In this document: positions 10,015-19,106 of the stretch, piece after piece
Numbering within the stretch: position 1 is the stretch's first letter
How the letters are laid out: each line of letters begins with the position of its first letter
Assembly (NCBI GenBank): GCA_036160735.1
Contig: JAYYDR010000051.1
Span: 10,830-74,829 of the forward strand
DNA: 64,000 bases
DNA from: Thermoplasmatota archaeon
GTDB taxonomy: Archaea; Thermoplasmatota; Poseidoniia; Poseidoniales; Poseidoniaceae
Reading direction: 5' to 3'
Translations under genes and position numbers: made by a program
The notes under the pieces: generated by a model
The model's database searches: none
Told to the model about the DNA's origin: nothing
What the model saw: the letters and a program-made list of their open reading frames with translations, nothing else

Positions 10015-10950
10015 TCAAGAAGTCTTTGTGATACTTCTATACTCTAAAAGTCTAGATTCATATTCTTCAGCACTGAGTCTTCTTATTCTTTCAGTGCCAA
10101 AATTCTCGATAGTGAATGAGGCAGTGACAGTTGCATGTACAAGAGATTCTGCCAGTTCCTCTCTGCTTACCTCACCAGAATTTTTTGACAGATAGTGTGC
10201 CATTGAGCCTGCAAAACTGTCGCCACACCCAGTCGGGTCAACCAAATTTGAGGTAGGGAATGAAGGCATTGAAATCATACCATCTGGATGGAATGCTATA
10301 ACGCCATTTTCCCCTTTCTTGACAACGAGAATACCACCATTTTTCATTTCCAAAACAGTTTTTGCTGCCACGATTAAGTTCTCTTCATCGGCTAACATTC
10401 GCACTTCACCGTCATTCAGAATCAAAATGTCAACTTGTTTCATGACATCTTTGAGTTCTCCATTTGCGATTTCAATCCACAAATTCATCGAATCAAGGAT
10501 TGAGACTCTACTAACCTCGGTCTGAGATAGTACTGAAGATTGAAGTGCAGGGTGCAGGTTTGCGCACATCAAAACTTTCGTTTGCTTGAGTGGTTGGGGT
10601 ACTTTAGGTTGAAAATTCTCGAAAACATTGAGGTGGGTTTCGTGAGTTACCGCCTCAGCCATTGAACCATGGTAAGAGCCCTTCCAACGGAATGTTTCGC
10701 CTTGATTTACCTCAATACCGCTAGTATCTAGTCCGGCATTTTTGTACCATTCCAAGTGTTCTGGTTGGAAATCTTGCCCAATAACTCCGACAATTCCTAC
10801 ACCATTTCCAGCATTCTTATTGTTGTGAAATGCTGCTGAAAATCCACCATAAGAGGCCGAGCCTCCCAATTCGTTTTCTACCGAACCCGCAGGTGTTTCT
10901 AGGCTATCGTAGGCTAGGCTGCCAACTATCAGTACGTCCATTCGAATCAT
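10015..10950 (-). CDS. PfkB-family carbohydrate/nucleoside kinase
   Basis: GSLAYD, LGGSASY and DPTGCGDSFAG PfkB signatures. Confidence 0.9.
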   Translation of the reverse strand: MIRMDVLIVGSLAYDSLETPAGSVENELGGSASYGGFSAAFHNNKNAGNGVGIVGVIGQDFQPEHLEWYKNAGLDTSGIEVNQGETFRWKGSYHGSMAEAVTHETHLNVFENFQPKVPQPLKQTKVLMCANLHPALQSSVLSQTEVSRVSILDSMNLWIEIANGELKDVMKQVDILILNDGEVRMLADEENLIVAAKTVLEMKNGGILVVKKGENGVIAFHPDGMISMPSFPTSNLVDPTGCGDSFAGSMAHYLSKNSGEVSREELAESLVHATVTASFTIENFGTERIRRLSAEEYESRLLEYRSITKTS

Positions 10951-12287
10951 CCCAGAAGTTCTTGATGCTCGTCGATATACGCGATTGTGATATCACCAGC
11001 AAGGAAATCTTTCTCATCCATTATTCTTCGATGAAGAGGAATCAAATGGTCTACACCAGTGATGAGTGTTTCATCTAATGCAGTACGCATCCTGCGGACT
11101 GCGGAATCTCTGTCTGCCCCCCATGTCAGCAGTTTAGCAAGTAGACTGTCAAAACATCCAGGCATCTCGTAACCTGGATGTGCGTGTGTATCACATCGAA
11201 TACCGAACCCTGATGGGAAGTGGCATTCCCAAAGTCTTCCAGGAGAAGGAACGAAGTTTGTCGTATCCTCTGCATTCAACCTACATTGAATTGCGTGGCC
11301 TCTAATCTTGATGTCATCTTGAGTAAGTGGGAGGCTTTCACCTTGTGCTACTCTGATTCCTAGTTCGACTAGGTTGTAGCCTGTGATCAGTTCAGTAACT
11401 GTGTGCTCGACTTGGACACGTGGGTTGACTTCAAGGAAGTAGAAATCGCCATTCTTGTCTCTCAAGAACTCAAATGTTGCTAGACCTTTGTAGCCTACAG
11501 ATTCCGCTCCAGCACAAACCAAAGCACCAACCTCTGCCCTTTTCTCATCGCTCAACCAAGGACCTTCTTCGATCAATTTTTGATGGCGGCGTTGAATTGA
11601 ACAAAATCTTTCGCCGAAGTGAATTGCTTTTTCACCATCGGCCAATACTTGGAATTCAACGTGCTGTGCGCCTTCGATATATTTCTCAACGAAAACTCTG
11701 TCATCACCGAATGCTGATTTCGCCCTGCCTTGACAGAGTTTGAGTGCCCCTTCGAATTCCTCTGCAGCGTGTACAATCTGCATTCCAATTCCACCGCCAC
11801 CAGCTGCAGCCTTGATGATTACTGGATAGCCGATTTCATCAGCCAATTCGCTTGCAACCTTTGCAGATGAAATCGGTTCACTACTCCCTTTAGCGGTAGG
11901 TAGGCCTGCTGCTTCCATAGCTGCTCTGGCTTCTATTTTGTCACCAAGTAGAGTGATAACACCGGATGCCGGCCCGATGAATGTGATTCCTTCTTCTTCT
12001 AGCCTTTTAACGAAGTGCGCGTTTTCTGCCAAGAAACCGTAACCGGGGTGAACTGCATCGCACTCCAGGTCTTTAGCAGCCTGGACTACTGCTTCGATGT
12101 CAAGATATGAATCAAGTGGATTTGCTCTCATTATCGGATATGCAATATCAGCTAGCCTAACTGGCAGAGATAGCCTGTCTTCTCTGCCGTGAATAATTGC
12201 AGCCTCAATCCCCATGTCTCTGAGGGTTCTCAGAATTCTCAATGCGATTTCTCCACGGTTTGCAATCAGTACGCGCTTGAATCCCAT
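10947..12287 (-). CDS. accC: Biotin carboxylase subunit (acyl-CoA/pyruvate carboxylase type)
   Basis: LIANRGEIA, HPGYGFLAEN, KAAAGGGGIGM and FLEVNPRVQVEH motifs. Confidence 0.9.
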   Translation of the reverse strand: MGFKRVLIANRGEIALRILRTLRDMGIEAAIIHGREDRLSLPVRLADIAYPIMRANPLDSYLDIEAVVQAAKDLECDAVHPGYGFLAENAHFVKRLEEEGITFIGPASGVITLLGDKIEARAAMEAAGLPTAKGSSEPISSAKVASELADEIGYPVIIKAAAGGGGIGMQIVHAAEEFEGALKLCQGRAKSAFGDDRVFVEKYIEGAQHVEFQVLADGEKAIHFGERFCSIQRRHQKLIEEGPWLSDEKRAEVGALVCAGAESVGYKGLATFEFLRDKNGDFYFLEVNPRVQVEHTVTELITGYNLVELGIRVAQGESLPLTQDDIKIRGHAIQCRLNAEDTTNFVPSPGRLWECHFPSGFGIRCDTHAHPGYEMPGCFDSLLAKLLTWGADRDSAVRRMRTALDETLITGVDHLIPLHRRIMDEKDFLAGDITIAYIDEHQELLG

Positions 12288-12332
12288 GTTTATGCCCAAA
12301 CCAAACTAATCTATGATGAAAGCGGTCGAAAA

Positions 12333-12352
12333 TAATCGATAAATATCGATTA
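12333..12352. promoter_or_regulatory. Palindromic operator-like site upstream of the biotin carboxylase
   Basis: TAATCGATA-AA-TATCGATTA, perfect 9-bp arms in an intergenic region. Confidence 0.5.
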
Positions 12353-12387
12353 ATTCAAGCTAAATCGGGTGCTGAAATTTCCAAAAA

Positions 12388-13650
12388 TCAGTACACGTCA
12401 CGCAGGTAACGTTTCTGTTCCTTCATCATCGTCTTCTCGATGAAGTGTGTTGCGTCTTCCTCGGACATTCCGCCGTGCTCCATTGCGATTTCAATGAGTG
12501 CTCTGTGGACGTCTTTTGCCATGTACTGCTTATCTCCACAGATGTAGAAATATGCGCCTCGCTCGAACCAATCCCAAACTTCTGCACCGTGCTCTTTGAG
12601 CCTGTGCTGAACGTAGATTTTCTCCTCTTGGTCACGGGACCATGCAGTTGTGAACCTGTACATGTGTCCTTCATCCAACCAAGACTCGATTTCGTCCTTG
12701 TAGTAGAATTCAGTTTTGGAGGACTGGTCTCCAAAGAAGAGCCAGTTCTTTCCTGAACCACCATCATGGACCCTTTGTTCCATGAATGCACGGAATGGTG
12801 CAATGCCGGTTCCCGGACCTACCATGATGATGTCAATCGACTTGTCCTCTGGTAGTACGAAAGATTTGGTTGGAGACATGAATACTCCAACATCTGTTTT
12901 GTTCACTTCAACCTCATCTGCCATGTAAATGGTACATAGGCCGCCTCTGTCCCTGCCGTGGTGAGAGTATCTGACGATTCCAACTGTCAATTCAACAAAT
13001 CCTGGGTGTGCGTCGTGGCTGCTAGCGATTGAATACAATCTTGGCTTTAGTTTGTCAATCACTTCAATGAATTCTTCTGGAGTGTAACTTACTTCGAAAT
13101 CTCTCAAAACGTCGATATAATCCCTGGACCAAATGTAATCTTCCATTGCATCTGCATCGGTAGTTAGGTGTTCGACTCTACCGACCGGGTCGTCTCCGGG
13201 AATTGAAGGTAGAAGTTCTGTACCCATCTCTGAGTCTCCACCCATCCAGCCAGCGCCTTGGCCTGAAACTGATTCCCTATATCTATCGATCATCTTTACA
13301 GTGATTCTCATACCGTTTGAACTGACTTTCTCGGTTAATGATTTGACGAATTTCTTGTTTACTCTGTGAATTTCGAAATCCTTCTTCAGAGCCTCCCAAA
13401 TTGTTCTCTCGCCATTGTGGGTTGTAACCATGTGATCTTGGTCCCAGCCTGCTGTCTCAATTAGCAAATCAACAGTGTTGGCAGGGTTTTCAGCAAGTAC
13501 TCCAAGAGCGTCGCCAACTTTGTAGTCAAGACCAGAGTCACCTAGGTCAAAAACGACGTGCCGTGTCTCTTTACGAGACCCCTCACCATTCAAGACATAG
13601 CATTCAGTAATCTTAGTCATGTAAGGATTCTTTGCGCTCCAGTTAGACAT
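12388..13650 (-). CDS. CysJ/CPR-type FAD-NADPH oxidoreductase lacking the flavodoxin domain
   Basis: PRLYSIASS, MVGPGTGIAPFR, WLFFG, KIYVQ, YICGD and terminal RYLRDVY motifs. The protein begins directly at the FAD domain (SAKNPY). Confidence 0.85.
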   Translation of the reverse strand: MSNWSAKNPYMTKITECYVLNGEGSRKETRHVVFDLGDSGLDYKVGDALGVLAENPANTVDLLIETAGWDQDHMVTTHNGERTIWEALKKDFEIHRVNKKFVKSLTEKVSSNGMRITVKMIDRYRESVSGQGAGWMGGDSEMGTELLPSIPGDDPVGRVEHLTTDADAMEDYIWSRDYIDVLRDFEVSYTPEEFIEVIDKLKPRLYSIASSHDAHPGFVELTVGIVRYSHHGRDRGGLCTIYMADEVEVNKTDVGVFMSPTKSFVLPEDKSIDIIMVGPGTGIAPFRAFMEQRVHDGGSGKNWLFFGDQSSKTEFYYKDEIESWLDEGHMYRFTTAWSRDQEEKIYVQHRLKEHGAEVWDWFERGAYFYICGDKQYMAKDVHRALIEIAMEHGGMSEEDATHFIEKTMMKEQKRYLRDVY

Positions 13651-13740
13651 TGAGGTCACCAGACAAAATCTCCCACTGGAAACGAATAGATGAATGTTAG
13701 GTGCGATGGTGTCTTAGAGTGGAAGCGCTTGCACTCATCA

Positions 13741-14505
13741 ATGGTCGAGGTCAGTTTGCTCGGAAGCGGCAACGCATTCCTGCCGTCAGGTAGATTGCAC
13801 TCGTTCTTATTGATCGACAAACACATCATCGTCGATTGTCCTCCAACCGCATTAGCTTCATTGCGGAAAGCGAAAATAAGTCCAGCGGATATTGATACAA
13901 TACTCATCACACACGTTCACGGAGACCACGTCTTTGGTTTCCCATTCTTCCTTCTCGAGAGAAAATATATTTCGGACAGAGAGGGTGTTAAGCCACTCAC
14001 AGTTGCTGGTTCAGCCATGGTCAAGGACAGACTTGTGGAATTGTGCAAACTTGCATACCCTGGCTCTTTGGATGATTTACTTGAACAAATAAACTGGGTC
14101 GACACTCCTACCATAGACGGTTGGGAATTGGAGAGATTCGAGGTATTCCATGAACCAAGCGTAGAACCACATGGGTGGATGTTGACCAGTGATGAAGGAT
14201 GGTCAATGCTACATTCTGGTGACTCGGGACCCTGTGATGAATTATGGAATCGGATAAAGAGGTGCAAATTTGCTATAGTTGAGATGGGAGTTCCTGAGTG
14301 GGTCAATACTGACGAACATCACAAACCTAGCGATATCCAAAGGCTTGCGGAGACCTGTAATGACACTACACTGGTTCTAACTCACACATACATCGATTCT
14401 GATTATCTGATTTTGACTAAGGATTTCCCTGAACTACCTGAAAATGTGATTCACGGTGAGGATGGTATGAATTTCATATTAGATGGAAAGGGGAATTTGT
14501 GTTGA
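13741..14505 (+). CDS. Metallo-beta-lactamase-fold hydrolase (RNase Z-like)
   Basis: LLGSG, THVHGDH, SGDS and LTH motifs. Confidence 0.85.
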   Translation: MVEVSLLGSGNAFLPSGRLHSFLLIDKHIIVDCPPTALASLRKAKISPADIDTILITHVHGDHVFGFPFFLLERKYISDREGVKPLTVAGSAMVKDRLVELCKLAYPGSLDDLLEQINWVDTPTIDGWELERFEVFHEPSVEPHGWMLTSDEGWSMLHSGDSGPCDELWNRIKRCKFAIVEMGVPEWVNTDEHHKPSDIQRLAETCNDTTLVLTHTYIDSDYLILTKDFPELPENVIHGEDGMNFILDGKGNLC

Positions 14506-14800
14506 AATTATACTCAGAAATCTATCATCAATATCTGAATCAAATCTTGCAGATTGGGAATCACGTCACGATCTAGAATAATAGGAAAAATTCCTAGTTA
14601 ATCAAAATGGAATAACCTTCGGAAAATTTGAAAATTCCAAACAAAATCTTGAACAAAATATTCTCCGGCGATAAAAAAATTCACTCCGGAAAAATTCAAA
14701 AAAAGTAGATATTGTTGTGTTAATTAATTAAGAATAAGCATGAAAAAGAGACCCCCTTTTTATATCCCCAATTGGAATGCGAGATTTGGTCAAATCAATG
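14506..14800. other. Probable replication origin (oriC): AT-rich unwinding region plus ORB-like box
   Basis: Largest and most AT-rich intergenic gap, directly upstream of cdc6. The minus strand at 14752-14777 reads TTCCAATTGGGGATATAAAAAGGGGG, an ORB-like core with its G-string facing the AT-rich tract. Confidence 0.7.
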
Positions 14801-14917
14801 TCTCATTGGAGGCACCCGGGATTAGCCTTATATGGTGGACTCGGACTCGCCGGAGGCATCACGCACTGTGTGTGATGGGCCTGAAAGTGGTAGTGGAAAA
14901 AAACGAGGTGAGACTTT

Positions 14918-16159
14918 TTGACGAGAAATATTTTCGACGGTATTCTGAACCAGAAAACTCTGTTTGTCGAAAAAGAAGTTCTGCGTCACACTTACCAGCC
15001 AGAAACACTCCCACACCGTGATTATGAGCGTGACCAATTATCGTTCAATCTAGTTGAAGCCCTCAAAGGTCACATTCCTTCTAACATGATTCTCTACGGT
15101 GTTACTGGAGCAGGAAAAACTGCGGTTACTAGATACGTATGTGACCAACTCCAAGCCAAAGGTGAATCAATAGGAAGAGTGGTTCATCCTGTACTAGTTA
15201 ACTGCAGACAGATTGACACACAATATAGGGTTCTGTCCCACTTAGGCAATGCATTACTCGAAGATTACGAGAGAGATGAAATCCCCTTCACAGGTTGGCC
15301 AACAGACAGAGTGTTCTCCGAAGTTGTAAGAAGAATGAACCAGAGAGGTGGAGTTTACGTTCTTGTGCTCGACGAAATCGATCACTTGGTAAAGAAAGCA
15401 GGAGACGATCTACTGTACAACCTTACAAACCTTAACGCAGAGTTGGTAGATGCGAGAGCATGTGTAATCGGAATTTCCAACGATTTGAAGTTCACAGATT
15501 TCCTTGACCCGAGAGTAAGAAGCAGGCTCGGTCAGCAAGACATCGTTTTCAATCCCTACAATGCTGAACAACTTCAGGATATCCTACGCTCCAGAGCCGA
15601 AGTTGGAATCAACAAAGATGCAATCGGTGCGGGTGTAATTGAATTGTGCGCTGCATTAGCTGCCCAAGAACACGGTGATGCACGCTGCGCGCTTGACTTA
15701 CTAAGAGTCTCAACCGAAAAGGCAGAACAAGAAGGGCTTGACGTCGTTGAACAAAACCACGTCCGAATCGCACAAGCACAGATTGAATCTGACCAAGTTA
15801 CTCCAGTTATTCGCACACTACCAACTCAACAAAAACTCGTACTGGCTGCTGTACTTATCAACGAAAACAATGGTTTGCGGAATATGCAAACAGGTGAAGT
15901 ATACCATATCTACAAGCAGGCATGCACAAACATTGGCCAACAATTCCTTACATCGAGAAGAATATCTGGAATTATTTCCAACCTAGACATGCTTGGATTG
16001 ATTACTGCGAAGACAATTTCAAGAGGAAGATATGGAAGAAGCAAGGAGATTAACTCCTGCATCCCGACAAACATCAATCCCTCTGACGTAATGGCAAAAG
16101 CAGAACCTGCACTGAGTGAGGTTTTCCAAGCAAAATACCGCCATCAATCTAGACTTTGA
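14918..16159 (+). CDS. cdc6: Orc1/Cdc6 replication initiator
   Basis: Walker A GVTGAGKT, Walker B VLDEID, LDPRVRSRL, HGDARCALDLLR and a C-terminal winged helix with RGRYGR. GAGGTGA RBS precedes TTG. Confidence 0.95.
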   Translation: MTRNIFDGILNQKTLFVEKEVLRHTYQPETLPHRDYERDQLSFNLVEALKGHIPSNMILYGVTGAGKTAVTRYVCDQLQAKGESIGRVVHPVLVNCRQIDTQYRVLSHLGNALLEDYERDEIPFTGWPTDRVFSEVVRRMNQRGGVYVLVLDEIDHLVKKAGDDLLYNLTNLNAELVDARACVIGISNDLKFTDFLDPRVRSRLGQQDIVFNPYNAEQLQDILRSRAEVGINKDAIGAGVIELCAALAAQEHGDARCALDLLRVSTEKAEQEGLDVVEQNHVRIAQAQIESDQVTPVIRTLPTQQKLVLAAVLINENNGLRNMQTGEVYHIYKQACTNIGQQFLTSRRISGIISNLDMLGLITAKTISRGRYGRSKEINSCIPTNINPSDVMAKAEPALSEVFQAKYRHQSRL

Positions 16160-16222
16160 GAGGCAACCCGTCAAATCTTGGCTATGCCAAGACTCTTAAA
16201 CGCGACTTAGGTCGAACGGCGC

Positions 16223-16771
16223 ATGAGCGACAACGGAGATAATGCACAGGGCAATCTGGGCACAATTCTGTTTAGTCCATCCAACACACTTGCAACTTGG
16301 TATTTTTGGATTGGATTACTAGGTCTATTACTAGCAGTTCTCAACCTAATGGGAATGGTCCATCCTACATACAGAGTATCTTGGGGTGGAATGCTAACTT
16401 TCGAGTACATGAATGATGCGTTTGGCGACAAGGATACAGCCCCCGCTTTTGTACCCGGGGATGCAGTATTCATGGCGTTCTTTGGTGGAATGACATTCCT
16501 GGGAGCACGCTCTCTAATTGGGGAGGATAGTCCAGGGAAATGGTTCTACAACATGATAACAAACGATTGGTACAACGACCTATTGGACGTTGAGTCAGGA
16601 TGGAACTTGGTGCTCGGAACGTGGTGCATGCTAGCAAGTATGTTGTTCTACTTCTATTGGGGAATCATGTACATGGCATGGATTGACCCAGGTGTGTACT
16701 CAATCGCAATCGCTCTCATGGGAGCAGGTATTGTAATGAGAATGCTATCCTCAGTTGAATACGAAGAGTGA
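16223..16771 (+). CDS. Hypothetical membrane protein (~4 TM)
   Basis: Several hydrophobic segments, with an internal duplication-like ending PGDAV / PGVYS. Confidence 0.75.
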   Translation: MSDNGDNAQGNLGTILFSPSNTLATWYFWIGLLGLLLAVLNLMGMVHPTYRVSWGGMLTFEYMNDAFGDKDTAPAFVPGDAVFMAFFGGMTFLGARSLIGEDSPGKWFYNMITNDWYNDLLDVESGWNLVLGTWCMLASMLFYFYWGIMYMAWIDPGVYSIAIALMGAGIVMRMLSSVEYEE

Positions 16772-16772
16772 A

Positions 16773-17795
16773 TCAGTGACCATTTCTGCGTAATAACGCA
16801 TCGAGATAACCCAATATGATCCCCTGCCAAAGTGCCAGGGACCACAATAACAAAATTAGGTTAGAGTATATCCCTTTCTTTGGCAGATCGCTCCTTAGGA
16901 AAGAGAGTAACCAGTACAGTGGTGCTGCAGCAATTAAGAGAACCTCTCTCGTCAATGAATAATACATCGATTCAATATTTACAGATTCGTATGAAAATAA
17001 TGTGTTCACATATTGGTATATGGCAAAACCAAGCAAAGTTAGCAATGGTGTCATCCACAGAACTACCCAAGATGAACCAATAAAGTCATGTCCACTTCTT
17101 AGGATTTTGTACCTTCGATGTATCCTTACGTGGGCCCTTGCATCACGCTTTCGCTTCCCTAGAAATCTCTTGAGTCCTGTTTCCGGTACGTGATTAACAA
17201 CAGCGTAAGGGGTATAGACAATTATTCCACCATCCTGTATTAATTTCAATGAAACCTCCATGTCTTCAGCATGGTACCAAGACGGGTCGAAACCGCCTAT
17301 TGCCAGAAGACTGTCACGCTTAAACATCGAACAAGGACCATTTGCTAAGTTAGTTCTTCTAGGCCTTGAGCGATACTTAGACTCTATCTCAATTGACCTT
17401 ATTCGCGAAATCACGTCATCCGCTCGTCCAAAAACGGTTCTTCCGGTAACTGCAACCACGTTTTCCTCTTCACCAGATTTTGAAGACTCTAGCATTCTCT
17501 GAATCCAATCTGCTTCAGGACGCACATCGATGTCTGTAATTGCAAACCATTCTCCTTTAGATTGCTCTAATGCTGCCATACGTCCAGCAGACAAACCAAG
17601 TTTGTCTTGAGAAATCGTAGTTACCAATTCATGCTTAGACCACTTTTCAACAGCATCTCTTCCGCCATCTGAAGAACCATCGTCAACAAGAATAATTTCG
17701 ATTGGTGAATGAGTTTGTGCTACTAGTGATTCCATACATCCATCAATCCAATCAACACCGTTTCTTACGCAAACCGCTATCGAAACTAGTGTCAA
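16773..17795 (-). CDS. Glycosyltransferase family 2 with C-terminal TM helices
   Basis: EIILVDDGSSD, TDID (DxD) and GGFD...AEDME motifs. Confidence 0.9.
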   Translation of the reverse strand: MTLVSIAVCVRNGVDWIDGCMESLVAQTHSPIEIILVDDGSSDGGRDAVEKWSKHELVTTISQDKLGLSAGRMAALEQSKGEWFAITDIDVRPEADWIQRMLESSKSGEEENVVAVTGRTVFGRADDVISRIRSIEIESKYRSRPRRTNLANGPCSMFKRDSLLAIGGFDPSWYHAEDMEVSLKLIQDGGIIVYTPYAVVNHVPETGLKRFLGKRKRDARAHVRIHRRYKILRSGHDFIGSSWVVLWMTPLLTLLGFAIYQYVNTLFSYESVNIESMYYSLTREVLLIAAAPLYWLLSFLRSDLPKKGIYSNLILLLWSLALWQGIILGYLDALLRRNGH

Positions 17796-18781
17796 TCTCT
17801 CACCTCAAATTTGGAGAGAAGTGTTCTACATTGTTCCTTGGATTCCAAAGTTGTTATTCTCAAAACAACTCCTTTGTTTGGCTGTCCATATACCACATTT
17901 GTTCCAAGCGGAGCAAGTAAGTGTATCACGATAGGAGCTAGGTCTTCTTCGCCTTCTACTTCGATACATGTAGTTTGGTCGTTGTGAAGTGCAGCGGCTA
18001 CGGCCTTGAAAAGAGATGGAGTAATTTGACCTGCTGGGTTACTTGCTTCCAACATAATATCGAATTTACTAGTGTCAACTTTCTGGTCAAGTTCCACACG
18101 TTTTGTCATACCATCGATAATTGCAATATCGGCAACAACACCCATTTCCAAAAGAGTTGCAGCACATACATCACCTACTGCAATTATGCTGCCCGGGGCT
18201 AAGTTTTCCATTGCTGATGACATTGCGATTTCAGGAGAATCTTCAGGTCCTGTGAATAACTCTCCATTTGGCTTTTTTAATTCCTCATCCAGTCCGAAGT
18301 GAAAGTGATGAGTCTGATTTTTTTGATTTTCCTGCACCCATAATTTACCATCACAGTCGATCAATCCCGCTCTAATTCTAGAACTAGAGATAATTCCCCC
18401 CGCTTCATCGAGGCTGTGTTGAACCTCAATTATCTCAAGAGGCAGTAATCCGTTTTTCAATCGCATTTCGTTAATGCTCTGACAATTGCTTAATGTCTCT
18501 GGAGTACACACTATGCTATCACAGTCTTTGCGAAATGGTGCTGGTCCGTAACTGTCCTCCAGTTCATGGGTAGTTATTCTTTCATCCGACCAAGCAATAA
18601 CTGCCTCTCGCCTATGTTCAAAACTTTGCAAAATAGGAGACTTGGCGGCTGACATTTCGTCGTTTGTAATCCAGACCTCTACTAACTCTGCTGCGTCTAG
18701 TGCTGACTCAAGAAGTGCTTTGTGCCCTTGATGGAACCTATCGAAGGTGCCGCCAACCAAGCAGCGCTCCAACTTCGGCAT
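17792..18781 (-). CDS. coaD: Phosphopantetheine adenylyltransferase fused to DUF359 GTP-dependent dephospho-CoA kinase
   Basis: N-terminal GGTFDRFHQGH and ISSSRIR (archaeal CoaD). C-terminal VGDV, IIDGMTKR, NPAGQIT, VEGEEDLA and YGQP (DUF359). Confidence 0.85.
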   Translation of the reverse strand: MPKLERCLVGGTFDRFHQGHKALLESALDAAELVEVWITNDEMSAAKSPILQSFEHRREAVIAWSDERITTHELEDSYGPAPFRKDCDSIVCTPETLSNCQSINEMRLKNGLLPLEIIEVQHSLDEAGGIISSSRIRAGLIDCDGKLWVQENQKNQTHHFHFGLDEELKKPNGELFTGPEDSPEIAMSSAMENLAPGSIIAVGDVCAATLLEMGVVADIAIIDGMTKRVELDQKVDTSKFDIMLEASNPAGQITPSLFKAVAAALHNDQTTCIEVEGEEDLAPIVIHLLAPLGTNVVYGQPNKGVVLRITTLESKEQCRTLLSKFEVRD

Positions 18782-18824
18782 GATTACCACTGTCTTTGGA
18801 TGGCTATTCAATGAATCGCAAGAA

Positions 18825-19095
18825 AAACTGTGCCCCGACCCGTAACAGCCCCTGTCATCGTCTCCTCGGGAGCTTGACCCAGGGTCAGGGCGTCTGTGCA
18901 GCCGGTTGGTTGTCTCACTCTCATTCTCTCGTCCAGCGAGGACCCATTACCGACCACATAGTCCATCGGTTTGCATCAGAGGTCATTCCCGAAAGTCACC
19001 CTGGTCTTCGTCGATGGCACATGACCGCAGTCATTGGTATCACAGTTCATCGAGCAGCACGCTCTCCGTGCGATGTTGCATGTGCGGTCAATTGA
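18825..19095 (-). ncRNA. Candidate structured non-coding RNA, family unassigned
   Basis: GC-rich intergenic segment with no credible ORF. It has five nested long-range helices plus a separate domain closed by an 8-bp helix. Wobbles read as G:U on the minus strand, and a T-tract follows on the minus strand. Confidence 0.55.
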
Positions 19096-19106
19096 ATGTC
19101 AGACGC

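Noticed and set aside
14740..15037. ORFs 14740..15021 and 14828..15037
   Set aside because: They overlap cdc6 and the origin region out of frame or antisense, with no protein features.
18825..19095. RNase P RNA or SRP RNA identity for the structured region
   Set aside because: No GAGGAAAGUCC or ACAGAA..GCUUA motifs on either strand. The closest helix-8-like word (TCAGGGCGTCTGTGCAGCC, plus strand) lacks the GNRA loop. Left unassigned.
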